A stretch of DNA of 64,000 bases from a virus (IMGVR_UViG_3300045912_000261:48534-112533), one strand, 5' to 3'; positions 1-10,327 are shown, numbered from the stretch's first letter. Numbers and translations are program-made. Notes: generated from the letters alone by a model not told the origin.

Positions 1-353
1 TGGCCCAGATAGTACCCACCGGGAGGGAGCAAGTAGTCCACAGAGACATACTGCAGGTTAGTCGTACCCACCCGTGCAGTTGTGCCCGTTGAGATAATCA
101 GCGTCCCCCTTCGGGAGTAGATCCCGATGTCCATGTTGCTGCCCGAAGTACCCCCGTTCCCCCAAAAGAGGCGCCTGATCGGGTACCACCAAGAGTTGAA
201 GAAGGGGTGGTAGATTGCCAGGTTCGCTGAAGGCCACGCAGCAGCTGCCGCCCCCGATGGGCTTACACCAACTGCACGGGCACCAGCTGCCCCGAAGAAG
301 TCCATACATGAGGACACTTGGATCGGTGGCACATGGTAAGTTGCCCGAGCCAC
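1..353 (-). CDS. Virion/tail-associated protein, paralog of 353..895 (runs off window)
   Basis: Manual translation from GTG at 353 (overlaps upstream TAG): AWPSANLAIYHPF...GNGGTSGSNMDIGIY...STG...PGGYYLG aligns with AWPSANQARFFPV...NGGTASGNRDIGLY...STG...PAGLYFIA of the adjacent gene; missing from ORF track. Confidence 0.7.
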   Translation of the reverse strand, partial: MARATYHVPPIQVSSCMDFFGAAGARAVGVSPSGAAAAAWPSANLAIYHPFFNSWWYPIRRLFWGNGGTSGSNMDIGIYSRRGTLIISTGTTARVGTTNLQYVSVDYLLPPGGYYLG

Positions 354-895
354 TATACGACTCCGATCATCGTGAAGCCGAACACGGGCCAGTATGAGGA
401 CGTTATAGCACTGGGTGTAAAGCTAGAAGGCAGGGGGAGCGCTGAAGCCTGTGCACGGACGCCAGCAGAATCCATACCAATAGAAGAGGTGGTCAGCCGG
501 AAGTAAGTGCCCGTCGTGTCAGAGTGTGCGAGGGCAATGAAGTAGAGCCCCGCCGGGTATTCTGTGTCGGTGACGTTATGGGTCTGAATGGTCGATGTGC
601 CCGACTGGGCAACGCTCCCCGTGGACAGAAGCAGGTTGCGCTGCTTGTCATAGAGCCCGATGTCCCGGTTCCCTGACGCCGTTCCCCCGTTGTAGGACCA
701 GAAGTCCGTGACCACGAAGTCCGTCTCCAGCACCACGGGGAAGAACCGAGCCTGGTTCGCAGACGGCCACGCGCCTGAGGCACCAGACTGGCCACAGACG
801 CGTGACATATTCCCGACCATAGAGTGCTCAGAGAGCGTCGAGACTGCGCCCGAGGCAGGAAGGGAAACCTCCTTAACAGGCCAGATCGGGCTCAT
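353..895 (-). CDS. Putative tail-associated beta-sandwich protein
   Basis: 180-aa ORF, ATGA overlap with upstream gene, S/T/G-rich beta-like sequence, tail region. Confidence 0.6.
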   Translation of the reverse strand: MSPIWPVKEVSLPASGAVSTLSEHSMVGNMSRVCGQSGASGAWPSANQARFFPVVLETDFVVTDFWSYNGGTASGNRDIGLYDKQRNLLLSTGSVAQSGTSTIQTHNVTDTEYPAGLYFIALAHSDTTGTYFRLTTSSIGMDSAGVRAQASALPLPSSFTPSAITSSYWPVFGFTMIGVV

Positions 896-1239
896 GCGTG
901 CTTCAGTACCTTCCAGGGAATCGAGCGGCCAGTGCCCCTAACCTGCTTGATCGAGAAGCGCAGGGAATTGGTATCCGTGAGCTCGTTAGAGAGAGGCTCG
1001 GACGGCCACGTCTTTGTGTCAGCCGGCTGCGCATCTGCAACTATCTGGAACAGGGCTACCCTCTCGGTGCCTCCCGTGAGGGTCATCTGGTAGCCTCTGA
1101 TCTCCAGGAGGTCGCCGTTCGCCAGGGCGTTGAGGTCGAGGACCAGTTCGAATACTCCGGCGACGTTCGGCGAGGACAGGAAGTGCTCCGTACCGATCGT
1201 ACAGGACTGGGTGCCCGAAGCGTATGCGGTAACAGCCAT
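892..1239 (-). CDS. Putative virion structural protein
   Basis: 115-aa ORF translationally coupled on both sides in the tail-spike cluster. Confidence 0.55.
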   Translation of the reverse strand: MAVTAYASGTQSCTIGTEHFLSSPNVAGVFELVLDLNALANGDLLEIRGYQMTLTGGTERVALFQIVADAQPADTKTWPSEPLSNELTDTNSLRFSIKQVRGTGRSIPWKVLKHA

Positions 1240-2963
1240 TACGGACTCACATTCCTTACGACCCTTGCCCTAAGGGTTCCTGAACCCAGATCCACTGTGC
1301 CCCCGGTCCGGTTCATGATCGTAACCCTGACCGTGTCTGCGGCGGAGACGAATCCGTGTAGAATCCAGGAGCCACCGTTAGTTTCCACCGACGAGTGGTT
1401 TACTTCCACGAAGTCCCCCACAGCGGCTCCCGTTGCCGTCAGAGTTGTTGAGGCCGACGCCCCATCAGCCAGCGATGGGGGGTCGTACGTAGCCGTGGCG
1501 ACGATCACGTCGGGGGTAAACAGCGTGGTGTCGACTGTTGTCGAACCCAGGAGGTTGCGGTAAGCCCTGTTGGAGGATGCTGTCGTAGTATGCCCTGCTG
1601 CCTTGTTGGCAAACGTCGTAACAGTGCCCACGAAGCGGTTGTCTGCGAACAGAATGCCCGAGCTTGAGCCCGTTGCTCCAGAGCCCTCGGCAAAGCGTAG
1701 GACGACGTTTGCAGTGTCGAAGGTATTCCGACGGAACCAGATACGGTGGCCCTTCTCCAGCTTGATCACACGGGTGTCACCGTGGCCAACATCGGTGAAT
1801 ACGTTGTCGTCGATCTCCACGTCCCGGGCGGACTGGCTTGCTGCGAAGCCGATAGAGACGCCATTCCACCAGTAGTCGAAGACGTTGCCTACGATCTTGA
1901 CGCCCCGTACGCCCTGGATCTGGAAGGGGTTATTGCCCAAGTAGCTCGCGTCGTCACGGCCTCCGTTGCAGTAGTTGTTGGCGAAGATGATGTCGTTGTG
2001 GACGGTAGAGTCAGTCGGGTCTTGTACGTGAGAGAAGAAGGCCGCACACCTTACGCTGTTGAAGACGTTGTGGGCAACTACGACCCCTTGGGTCTTAGTT
2101 GTTAGGTCCGCCTGCGTGGGGATAATGTGGTACGCAACAGCTCCAGCGGTGCCGCGGCACTTCTCGAAGTAGTTACCCACGATGCGGATGTTGCGAATGA
2201 CGGCGAAGGTTGAACCTGAGTTGGGCTCGATGTCGATTGTCCCAGGCATGTCCGTGCGCGTGCTGTTGAGGAAGGTGCATCCCTGGATTAGAACGTCCCG
2301 ACCATCAATGATTGTGATGGCGTTCCTGTTGTCTTGGTTGATCCCGTCGAAGCGGCAGCCGACGATCTTGATGTACCTGTTGTGTCTCTCCACTCCGGCA
2401 GAGTGCGAAGAGGCAAGGTACAAACCGTCAGCACGGTACCCTCGGAAGTAGACATTCTGGATCAGTACGTCGTCCACTGCTGAGAGCGACATTAGGTGGA
2501 CGTTTTGTCCCGTGGCAAACCCATCAACGTCTACGGTCCCACGGAGCTGGAGATCCCTGAAGACCAGGTTTCGCCGGTTGGTTGCAGGGTCAGCAGTTCC
2601 TCCGGTGCCTGGGTTGACCTTAATCAGGTACAGAGGGGCTGTGCCCGTACGCTGCTTGATGATGGAGCCCCAGCCCTCTCCCCGGAGAGTGACGCTGTCA
2701 GCAGCTACCTCAAGGTCTGAACAGGAGTAAGTACCGCGGGGGAAGAACACGGTACCACCGGCAACTTCGGCTGCGTCAATGGCTGCCTGCACCGCAGTGG
2801 TGTCGTTCGTTGTTCCGTCCCCCGTGGCACCGTAATCCTTCACATTGAAGACCTGGGCTACGGCTAGTGAATAGACGTGCTCTCCAAAGTCCTCCAGGTT
2901 TACGGCCGAGAGGGGTGTTGCTGTTGAGGGGCTATTCTGCCACCCATAGTTGGTCCAAGGCAC
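1239..2963 (-). CDS. Tailspike, pectate lyase 3-like right-handed beta-helix
   Basis: FNVKDYGATGDGTTNDTTAVQAAIDAA...GGTVFFPRGTY motif followed by many I.GN.F / IDIEPN beta-helix repeats. Confidence 0.85.
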   Translation of the reverse strand: MPWTNYGWQNSPSTATPLSAVNLEDFGEHVYSLAVAQVFNVKDYGATGDGTTNDTTAVQAAIDAAEVAGGTVFFPRGTYSCSDLEVAADSVTLRGEGWGSIIKQRTGTAPLYLIKVNPGTGGTADPATNRRNLVFRDLQLRGTVDVDGFATGQNVHLMSLSAVDDVLIQNVYFRGYRADGLYLASSHSAGVERHNRYIKIVGCRFDGINQDNRNAITIIDGRDVLIQGCTFLNSTRTDMPGTIDIEPNSGSTFAVIRNIRIVGNYFEKCRGTAGAVAYHIIPTQADLTTKTQGVVVAHNVFNSVRCAAFFSHVQDPTDSTVHNDIIFANNYCNGGRDDASYLGNNPFQIQGVRGVKIVGNVFDYWWNGVSIGFAASQSARDVEIDDNVFTDVGHGDTRVIKLEKGHRIWFRRNTFDTANVVLRFAEGSGATGSSSGILFADNRFVGTVTTFANKAAGHTTTASSNRAYRNLLGSTTVDTTLFTPDVIVATATYDPPSLADGASASTTLTATGAAVGDFVEVNHSSVETNGGSWILHGFVSAADTVRVTIMNRTGGTVDLGSGTLRARVVRNVSP

Positions 2964-4498
2964 TAGACCTCCTCAGCACCTTCCAGCAGAGCGCCAACCT
3001 CTGCGATCAGGATGTCCGCGTTTGTGGAGATGTCGCCAACCGCGTCACGAAGGTTCGCAGCCCTCTCCGGGGCGCCCTGCCCCTCGATCCAGCCGGCGTA
3101 CTCCGGGCCCTGAACCGTGCCCACACGGCCTCGCCACTGCGTTGCACGATGCATCACTCGGGACATGATGGCTTCCTTCAGCTCCCGGGAGATCACGGGC
3201 TTCGGAGGCGGCGGAGGAGCGTTCTCGATCATGAAGGACGCCGTCTTCGTGGTCGAGTTACCCTTGGTGTCCGTTGCCGTTACCTCTAGCGTGTATCTTC
3301 CGTTGGGGATTTGCGTGGAGTCGAAGGTTCCCTCGTACGGGCTGGCCGTGTCGTCGAAGGTAAGGTCGGCCCCATCGCCAAAGAGACGGAAGCTTACCTT
3401 GGCAACCCCTGAAGGGTCAGCTGCCGTTGCAGCGTACCTAACCTCCCCGGAGAGCGGGCTCTCGGTAGGTGCCGTGATCATCAGGTCCGGGCCCGTAGTG
3501 TCGGGCGGCGGAGGGGGCGGAGGTGGCGTGATGCCCGGACGCAGCTGCGTGGGACCGAGATCCTTACACGGAGAGGTATCCTTGAGGCGATAGTCCCCGT
3601 TTGAGGGGTCCATGTACTGCGGATCGACGTTACGGATGCCTTCCGTGGAGTAGCCGGTGCCCTTCAGGCGGCCTCCTACCATTCCGGAAGCGTTCCAGAC
3701 GTTAGTGTTGATGACCTTGTTACCGGTACCTGGGGTGCATCCCCACCACGACTCGACCAGGGCGCGAGAGCTCTTCCTGGAGTTAGTGAAGATTGAATCC
3801 ACCACAACCGAGTCAGAGCTGTTCTGGCAGCCCGAGAACCCTGTGGTAGAGTCAGTTGCTCCTGAGAAGGTGATCCCTCCGTTGACTCTGTCAATGGTGT
3901 TGCGGCGCATAATGATGCCGTCGCCGTCAGGGTAAAGGTGGAAGGCCCAACCGTCGGTCAGGTCGTAGAACAGGCAGTCCTCGACGATACCTGACGCAGT
4001 CGACTTCAGGTAGAGTGGGTGATCGTGGTCAGCCCGGGCAGGGTCCCCAATCTTGGTGAACCGGCACCGTGAGAAACGGAAGTTCCGGCACTTGATCGAG
4101 GCCTGACCCAGTGTTGTGTGGATCCGGCCGGGGAACCCGTTCGTGCGGTTGGTGAGGAGGCAGTCCTCCATCGTGAAGTCGTGGCACATCACTAGCATCG
4201 TGCCCGATGCCTGCGTGCTCACTCCCCCGTCGAGCCAGAAGCCTCGCATTACGATACCCGCGGCTCCGGATCCTACCGAGAAACGTCCCAGCACCTTGAC
4301 TGGAAGCCCCATATGGGCCTCTTTCCTGAGTGCCATTCCCTCAGTCCAGCCTTCAGCTTGGATGACGACCCTCTTGTTCAGGCTGAAGAAGCCTGATCCG
4401 AGGGAGTGGGTCCCAGCCTTCAACAGAAGAGTGTCTCCTGCGGAGGCTGCAGAGTACTTCGATGAAAATTGTCCCGGCGCTACTTCTAGTGTGGCCAT
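2963..4498 (-). CDS. Right-handed beta-helix protein with Pro linker and Ig-like domain (putative depolymerase)
   Basis: Start moved to ATG 4498 (GGAGGAG SD); beta-helix repeats, HDHPLYLK, DPQY..PSNGDYRL..TSP, poly-P, then Ig-like D.SGVAKV.F...PYEGTFDS...NGRYTLEVTATD.KGN. Confidence 0.75.
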   Translation of the reverse strand: MATLEVAPGQFSSKYSAASAGDTLLLKAGTHSLGSGFFSLNKRVVIQAEGWTEGMALRKEAHMGLPVKVLGRFSVGSGAAGIVMRGFWLDGGVSTQASGTMLVMCHDFTMEDCLLTNRTNGFPGRIHTTLGQASIKCRNFRFSRCRFTKIGDPARADHDHPLYLKSTASGIVEDCLFYDLTDGWAFHLYPDGDGIIMRRNTIDRVNGGITFSGATDSTTGFSGCQNSSDSVVVDSIFTNSRKSSRALVESWWGCTPGTGNKVINTNVWNASGMVGGRLKGTGYSTEGIRNVDPQYMDPSNGDYRLKDTSPCKDLGPTQLRPGITPPPPPPPPDTTGPDLMITAPTESPLSGEVRYAATAADPSGVAKVSFRLFGDGADLTFDDTASPYEGTFDSTQIPNGRYTLEVTATDTKGNSTTKTASFMIENAPPPPPKPVISRELKEAIMSRVMHRATQWRGRVGTVQGPEYAGWIEGQGAPERAANLRDAVGDISTNADILIAEVGALLEGAEEV

Positions 4499-4585
4499 CT
4501 CTCCTCCAGTGGGGTAGGCCTTATCGCTAGGATAGGTAGTAGAACTAGGTGCCCGAGTTGACGCGACGAGCACCTAGCCCACCCC

Positions 4586-5134
4586 TTACGACAGCGTGAT
4601 CGTGACCGTGAAGGTCCAGGTCGCAGCTGAAGTTTTCGTCCCCAGGGACTCAACCTTGCGGTTCAGCATCCGCCCGCCAGTTGAGGCATTGAACACGCCC
4701 CACTCCTGCCAAGCGAAGTTGGCGTCACCTGTGCCGAAGACACTCCGGAAGGTAATCGTCGCCGACCCGGAGGTGGTCCCATCCGTGTGCGTGGGGTACG
4801 TCGCCTCCATCGCCTTACGGACCTTGTTGGACGCTGCCTGCAGGTCCGTCTGGGTGGCTGCCGCCGCGGTCGTGGAGTCACCAACCCCGATGTGCGCGTT
4901 GGCGTTGTTGAAGTACGTCAGAGTCTGGCCACCGGTGGTGGTACCGTTCCCGATGAGGCTCTGCCAAATGTTGGAAGAGCCCCCGTAGACGAGGAGGTTC
5001 CCCTCGCGCTCGAGAACTTCGTACGGCTGTACCTCTCCTCGACGGATCTCCTCTTCGGTGACCTCGCCGTGGAACTTCTCCACCTTCCAGTGACACTGCC
5101 AGAGACCCCTCTCCTGGACAGGAGCGATCTCCAT
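4586..5134 (-). CDS. Tail fibre/collar-type structural protein
   Basis: HIGVGDSTTAAAATQTDLQ...ANFAWQEWGVFNA...MLNRKV motif typical of fibre-attachment proteins; AGGAGG SD before ATG 5134. Confidence 0.65.
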   Translation of the reverse strand: MEIAPVQERGLWQCHWKVEKFHGEVTEEEIRRGEVQPYEVLEREGNLLVYGGSSNIWQSLIGNGTTTGGQTLTYFNNANAHIGVGDSTTAAAATQTDLQAASNKVRKAMEATYPTHTDGTTSGSATITFRSVFGTGDANFAWQEWGVFNASTGGRMLNRKVESLGTKTSAATWTFTVTITLS

Positions 5135-5135
5135 G

Positions 5136-5363
5136 TCATGCCTCCTTTTCATCAATTACCCCGCCCGAGTCACCGGAGGTGATGTGGACGTGCTCGAAAT
5201 CCTGCAGAGCCCCTGCCTTCTTGAGCGCCCGAAGGTCGCTCTGAGAGAAGTCCTCTGCAGTAACTGGGGTTCCAGTCTCGAAGCGCCTCCCATCGGAGGT
5301 CTCGATAGTGGCCACGACGAGCAGGTTCTTGGGTGCTTTAGCTGCTTTATCCTTTTGTGCCAT
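5136..5363 (-). CDS. Small hypothetical protein
   Basis: 75-aa ORF with TAATG coupling to the endolysin. Confidence 0.55.
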   Translation of the reverse strand: MAQKDKAAKAPKNLLVVATIETSDGRRFETGTPVTAEDFSQSDLRALKKAGALQDFEHVHITSGDSGGVIDEKEA

Positions 5364-6157
5364 TACGACTCCGGCAGGTAGGACTTAGTACCGCGGAAGT
5401 CGCTACGGTACCTAAGGGGTAGAACTCTCACCGGGTTGGAGCCGAAGCTCACCACGTGCGTTCCGGAGACTGTGTACCCAAGGAGAGCACTAGCCTTCTG
5501 CGCCGAGATCACAACGGCCATATGCGAAGGCCCCCCACGGTTGATGGAACGCGAGTCGTACCCGTAGAAAGCCAGGTCTCCCGGCTGCGGGTTGTCAGTT
5601 GTGAACTTACCCCGAGGCCAAATGGTACCGGTGAACCCGTACCCGTTGTACCCGAACCCGTTAGGATCGGGTGCCCCGGCCTCATGATAGATCACGGTTG
5701 AAGATGATGAACAGTCGTAGTACCCCCTCGGGCGGGAGAAGGGCCGCAGCAGGTACGGCCGCAACCAAGAGTACTGGAAGCGCCAGCGCTCGAGGTAGAA
5801 CCGACCTGCTGCGTCCTCGATCTTCCGCCCCAGGGACGACTCCTCTGCCTTCTTGCGCGCGATGGCCTTCGCCCGCTGCCGCGCGTACATTCGAGCAAGG
5901 AGGATCCTGTCGTAGCGACCTAGGAATGGCTCGAGCTTTGCCCAAGCCTCCTGCCCAAACGTCAGCCCGATAACGGGGCGAATCCCGTAGGCGTGCTTGA
6001 AGCGGTTGACGTCCTCGATGGTCTTTACACCGTACCCACCCTGCCTGTTGTTCTTGTGGGGAAGCCCCTTGGCGTGGAGCGCACGGTGGAGACCATTCTG
6101 CATCGCCCTAACCGCGAGGTTGCGGGCACCTGCTCTTAGATTGGGGCGGTATGCCAT
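5363..6157 (-). CDS. Endolysin, NlpC/P60 peptidase with N-terminal peptidoglycan-binding-like region
   Basis: YYDCSS (catalytic Cys), PGDLAFYG, HMAVV (His); next to holin-like gene. Confidence 0.8.
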   Translation of the reverse strand: MAYRPNLRAGARNLAVRAMQNGLHRALHAKGLPHKNNRQGGYGVKTIEDVNRFKHAYGIRPVIGLTFGQEAWAKLEPFLGRYDRILLARMYARQRAKAIARKKAEESSLGRKIEDAAGRFYLERWRFQYSWLRPYLLRPFSRPRGYYDCSSSSTVIYHEAGAPDPNGFGYNGYGFTGTIWPRGKFTTDNPQPGDLAFYGYDSRSINRGGPSHMAVVISAQKASALLGYTVSGTHVVSFGSNPVRVLPLRYRSDFRGTKSYLPES

Positions 6158-6175
6158 CGGTGCTCCGTTTCCCTA

Positions 6176-6490
6176 TCAGTCAGACGGGAGGATGGGCTGA
6201 TCGCCCTGATCCCCATGGTCCCCTGGGTCCGAAGGGGGAACCGGGTTAGGCTGTCCCGTGCCACCGTCACGCCACGCGGCGTAGATGCCGAGAGCGGCCT
6301 GGAGCATCCGACCGAAGACGGTCAGCGCACCGATGACCAGAGTAACGGTAACCCAGGTTGATGACGGAACCCCAAGGGGCTCAGTTGCTCCTGCCAGCTC
6401 GCCAATCCAGACGGGGGCGGCTGCCAGGAAGGTCAAGGCTAGGCCGACGTAAGTCGCCAGACCCTTGCTTGGACTATCCGGAGTAGTCAT
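6176..6490 (-). CDS. Putative holin
   Basis: 104 aa, two hydrophobic segments, immediately upstream of endolysin, strong GAGGAGG SD. Confidence 0.65.
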   Translation of the reverse strand: MTTPDSPSKGLATYVGLALTFLAAAPVWIGELAGATEPLGVPSSTWVTVTLVIGALTVFGRMLQAALGIYAAWRDGGTGQPNPVPPSDPGDHGDQGDQPILPSD

Positions 6491-6511
6491 TCCTCCTCCT
6501 CCTCTCAGTGG

Positions 6512-7615
6512 CTACTTGATGCGGTAGTAAGCTGCCCGAAACGTTGTGTTATTGAGGTTGGCGTCGTTTACTTTGCCCACGAAGAACTGGATTTTCTGGC
6601 CGCTCGAAAGGTTCACGAAGGCCGAACAAGATACGTCGGTGTTGACTCCCGTCTGGCCATAGTTGGGAGCCCCAGCAGCGGCAACGATAGTTCCTGCAGG
6701 TGCTTGAATCCAGATGTACCCCCAATATGTCCCTGTGGCTGTGAGGGAGAACTGGTGGTTGCCCCACAGTGAGCACATATAGTAACCCGGAGTAGTTGGC
6801 GTAACATCCCACACGAGGTAGGAGTTAGAACCTCCTGTCAGGATGGTACTCGAGAAGGTTGCAAACTCCGGAGGCTGCAGCTTGGCATACTGGATAGTGT
6901 CGTTAGCGATCTTGGCATTGGTAATAGTGCTGTCCTGGATCTTAGCAGCGGTTACGGCACTACTTCCCAGCTTTGCGTTGGTGACGGCCAAGTCTGCGAT
7001 CTTAGCAGTAGCAACTGCCCCATCCTGGATCTTAGCCGTTGTGACAGTGGCGTCGGGTAGCTTAGATGTGGAAACCGCCCCGTCCAGGATCTTGGCTCCT
7101 GTTACAGCGTTCGCCTGGATCATCCCCGAGCTGACACTGTCTGCGGGGAGAGGATCGTTTCCTGCGGACATATGCGTGTGAGCGTGCTTCTCGTGCCCCG
7201 CGGTGGGCTGCACGTACACAATCTGTGAGGTGGAAGCGTTCCACGAAACGGTTCCAATGTTGCGGAAGAAGGCTGCAGAAGGGTTCCCCGCCGACGTAAG
7301 ACGTGCCTCTAGCGAGAACGACCGATCGTTGTCGTTCGAGGAGGTAGTAGCAAAGATGTTGTAGATCCCTGTGGTGGGGAAGGTGCTGGGAGAGAACGTA
7401 ATGCTCAGAGGACTTTCCACCAAACGCATCTTGCCGCCAATGTTAAGACAGGCCGCTGCGTTCCCAGTCCCGGCGGGGACGGTAACCGTAGTGGATCCCG
7501 GGCTCCACTGTAGAGCACAGTTCCAAGCGAGCCCTGCGTGGACCTCCTGGATCCTGTCTAGGAAGTCAGCAGAGACAATGGTCCCGGTCTCGAAGTCAAT
7601 TTGTACAATCGGCAC
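6512..7615 (-). CDS. Tail fibre protein with 10-aa AVTxAKIxDG repeats
   Basis: About 8 tandem (A/S)VTxxKIxDx decapeptides; start GTG 7615 with AGGAG SD. Confidence 0.75.
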   Translation of the reverse strand: MPIVQIDFETGTIVSADFLDRIQEVHAGLAWNCALQWSPGSTTVTVPAGTGNAAACLNIGGKMRLVESPLSITFSPSTFPTTGIYNIFATTSSNDNDRSFSLEARLTSAGNPSAAFFRNIGTVSWNASTSQIVYVQPTAGHEKHAHTHMSAGNDPLPADSVSSGMIQANAVTGAKILDGAVSTSKLPDATVTTAKIQDGAVATAKIADLAVTNAKLGSSAVTAAKIQDSTITNAKIANDTIQYAKLQPPEFATFSSTILTGGSNSYLVWDVTPTTPGYYMCSLWGNHQFSLTATGTYWGYIWIQAPAGTIVAAAGAPNYGQTGVNTDVSCSAFVNLSSGQKIQFFVGKVNDANLNNTTFRAAYYRIK

Positions 7616-7631
7616 TGTTTCGCTCCTGCTG

Positions 7632-9365
7632 CTAGACGGGATCGCCTGCTGCGCTGATGTCAGCCAGGAAGGCCCCCTCAGCGGCAAGGACTACATTGAT
7701 ACCTGCTGGCTTAAGCTCTTGTACGAGCTCGGTCATAGCCCTATAGAGGGCATCACCTGGCTCGGCGGGCAGCCTGATAGTAACTGTGTACGTCGGGTAG
7801 GTGTCCACAATTCCAATATCCTGACCCGCGGGGGCGCCTACGGACTTGACGAATTCGGTCCTGGCCTCGTCGCTGAGTACGAACCTGCGCGCGACCACCA
7901 GGGCTCGACGGTCTGCCAACCTTAGCTCCGAGTACGATGGGAGGCCAAGTTGTCTCTCCCAGTCAGCAATAGCCCAGGTGACCTTACTGGGAATTGACTG
8001 GAAGACGCAATCTTCAAGCATCACGTAGATGTCCGCCAGAGCCTTGGCGTGGACGGTATATAGTCCATTCCCGAGGGAGCTCTCCCTGAGGAAGTCGGGC
8101 ATGTACAAACTGCGAAAACGTCCCACAACGTCGTGGACTGTCCAGATCCACACAAAGGATTCCTGGAAGATAATTGTGGGCCCCGTCGACGGAGCCGAGA
8201 CTCTCAGGCGTAACGTGTACTGGACTCCCTGCTGGAAAGGGGGTTCGACCCAAAATCCGAACTTGCCAACTTTGTCCAGGTCGACTGTAGTTGTCATCCA
8301 AGAGCCGTGCACTCCGGAGATGATGAGCTGCCACTCGATCGTGCCATCTGTAATTGGTGCCAGAACCTCTCCAGAGACGCGGTAGCGTCCATTACCGACG
8401 GCTCCAGGCCGCCAGAAGGGATCGAGGACGACGTTGGAGACTTCGACGGACTCGTGGGTAACGTTTCCTAGTACCCACTCACCTCGGCCCTGCTGGTCGT
8501 ATTGAAGCTGAACACCGTCTGGGAAACTAACCGCCGCCGAAAGTTCACCCCTACCCTCAATGAGAATGTCGGCGGTTCCGACTTCGGCGGACAGCTCACC
8601 CCTGCCAGAAACGTTGGCCTCGAGCTCCGTCGGAGGGGTAATAACTGTGAACGGAGTAAGACCCCTACGGTTGAGAAGGGACGGCGTTCTAGTGGGAGGC
8701 CCTCCTAAGGCGTCTGTAGGCGTTCCGTTAAGGGCCCCAACGTCACCGCTGCCTGACAGGTCGTAGATCAGGGAGGTGTTCCACAGAGGCCGTGCATCCA
8801 AGACGCTTCTTAGGACGTAGCCCCTCCACATTACTGTCCTGAGCTCGCCCTCCGTGAGGGCTACGTCGTACCAAGAAACGTAGGCCAGATCCCCGCCAAG
8901 AGCGAAGCCGAAGCTGGGGTCGTTTCCGTAGTGCGGGCGAACACTTCCGGGCGTGAGGCCAGCTGCCGTAGGTGCAATACTGGTGGTTACAGTACGGCTC
9001 GTTGGCCAGGAGTCAACTGCTGGGTCAGAATGGTACACTGTGGGGGTGTTCGTCCCCACTTGAGTAATGGCGAGGAATAGCCACTTTACGCCATTGCCCA
9101 CATGGACCATGTTGGCCGCCGTTACCCACCAGCGGGCAGTCTCGTTACCCGTCTCTCTGTCAATGATGATCCGGCCAGCCTCAGCTGAGCCAAAGTAGAT
9201 GTCGATCGGGAGAGTGGACCCCTCCCCGAAGGACGTTACGTTTCGGTTCGCCGCGGCCGCATTCCACCTGTACCAACAGCAGAAGGTCCAGTCGGAGGGC
9301 GCAGTCAGGTCCGCCGCAGCTCTGCGGACGGCCTGGGTAGAGGCTGCAGCGAAGTTTACTGGCAC
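7632..9365 (-). CDS. Baseplate wedge protein (XkdU/DUF2313-like C-terminus) fused to N-terminal LamG-like domain
   Basis: C-term YMPDF...WAIADWERQLGLP...RRALV...LKPAGI; N-term WTFCCW...WLFLAIT...GDLAYVSWYDVALT. Confidence 0.65.
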   Translation of the reverse strand: MPVNFAAASTQAVRRAAADLTAPSDWTFCCWYRWNAAAANRNVTSFGEGSTLPIDIYFGSAEAGRIIIDRETGNETARWWVTAANMVHVGNGVKWLFLAITQVGTNTPTVYHSDPAVDSWPTSRTVTTSIAPTAAGLTPGSVRPHYGNDPSFGFALGGDLAYVSWYDVALTEGELRTVMWRGYVLRSVLDARPLWNTSLIYDLSGSGDVGALNGTPTDALGGPPTRTPSLLNRRGLTPFTVITPPTELEANVSGRGELSAEVGTADILIEGRGELSAAVSFPDGVQLQYDQQGRGEWVLGNVTHESVEVSNVVLDPFWRPGAVGNGRYRVSGEVLAPITDGTIEWQLIISGVHGSWMTTTVDLDKVGKFGFWVEPPFQQGVQYTLRLRVSAPSTGPTIIFQESFVWIWTVHDVVGRFRSLYMPDFLRESSLGNGLYTVHAKALADIYVMLEDCVFQSIPSKVTWAIADWERQLGLPSYSELRLADRRALVVARRFVLSDEARTEFVKSVGAPAGQDIGIVDTYPTYTVTIRLPAEPGDALYRAMTELVQELKPAGINVVLAAEGAFLADISAAGDPV

Positions 9366-9368
9366 GAG

Positions 9369-9827
9369 TTAGACTGCGTAGAGGAAGACTGCATCGGCGA
9401 GGATTGTGTCCACTGCCAGCGTGTCGTTGGCGTGAGCCCCCTCGTGGTGGATCTCTACGAGGAGGATGTCATCCGGCGCTGCCCCTGTAACGGAGAAGCT
9501 CACGTCCTTTCTCCTGAGGGCTGTGGTGGGTACCGTAACATCCTGTGCTGCCACACCTGTAAGGGTGGGATCAAGATCCTCTCCGTCAGCCACGAAAGCA
9601 TACCCGATGCTGAGTCTCGTAACTCCGCTCGCGGCGTTAGCCATGATGGACAGCCTAACGGTCCCTCCTGTAGCGTAGTCGTCAGGGATCTGGCACTTTC
9701 CCCTCCACTTACCCGAGACGTCCTTCCTAAAGTGGGGCAAGAGCTGCAAGAAGTCAGCTCCCGCCGGACCGACGTAAGCGTTGCCGTCGGTCGACGGCGT
9801 CGATACGTCGATTGGGACTAGAGGCAT
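9369..9827 (-). CDS. Putative tail/baseplate structural protein
   Basis: 152-aa ORF with GGAAGGAG SD in baseplate/fibre cluster. Confidence 0.55.
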   Translation of the reverse strand: MPLVPIDVSTPSTDGNAYVGPAGADFLQLLPHFRKDVSGKWRGKCQIPDDYATGGTVRLSIMANAASGVTRLSIGYAFVADGEDLDPTLTGVAAQDVTVPTTALRRKDVSFSVTGAAPDDILLVEIHHEGAHANDTLAVDTILADAVFLYAV

Positions 9828-9901
9828 TTCTCCTTCCTCTGGGTAGAGGTTAGTACTAGGATAGAGAGAGTAGTACTCGGAGTAGGCATCCTACCTAGAG
9901 A

Positions 9902-10327
9902 TTATGGGTTGACGATGAGGCGGAAGACTAGCTTGCCGGCACCGAATACCACAGGGACGTCTTGGGTGGTCGCCACCGGGGCGTTCGTTAGGTCGGCGAA
10001 TCCGAAGAAGTTACCGCCAGACGAGGCGTCCCAGAGCGCTGCACCATTGAGGTTGCCCCAGTTGCCACCTGTAGGTGTACCGTGAGTAATCGAGTTCGTG
10101 TTGGACACCGTCGCCCCAGACTGGGTCCAGGAGGTTGCCCCGTTGATTGTTAGCGCCTTACGAGCGTAGGCGTTACCCGAGACCTCAGTACCACCAGTAC
10201 CCGCATCGCTAGTCGGCGTCACGGTGTACAGAGCAAGATACAGCGTACCGGGAGGTGCCCAATCCTCAAAGTTGAAGAGGTGGCGTACAAGCTTCTCCTT
10301 CAGGTACGCACCTAGCTGCGTTGCCAT
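9902..10327 (-). CDS. Minor tail protein
   Basis: LYLALYT..P....GTEVSG.AYARK...WG......LWDASSGGN motif common in phage minor tail proteins. Confidence 0.7.
   Translation of the reverse strand: MATQLGAYLKEKLVRHLFNFEDWAPPGTLYLALYTVTPTSDAGTGGTEVSGNAYARKALTINGATSWTQSGATVSNTNSITHGTPTGGNWGNLNGAALWDASSGGNFFGFADLTNAPVATTQDVPVVFGAGKLVFRLIVNP

Noticed and set aside
1-895. Diversity-generating retroelement TR/VR pair in the duplicated tail genes
   Set aside because: Paralogs diverge throughout rather than at adenines, and no reverse transcriptase is in the window.
4499-4573. N-terminal extension MLVASTRAPSS of ORF 2963..4573
   Set aside because: The SD and the paralog's N-terminus support ATG 4498; the segment is intergenic and holds a motif copy.
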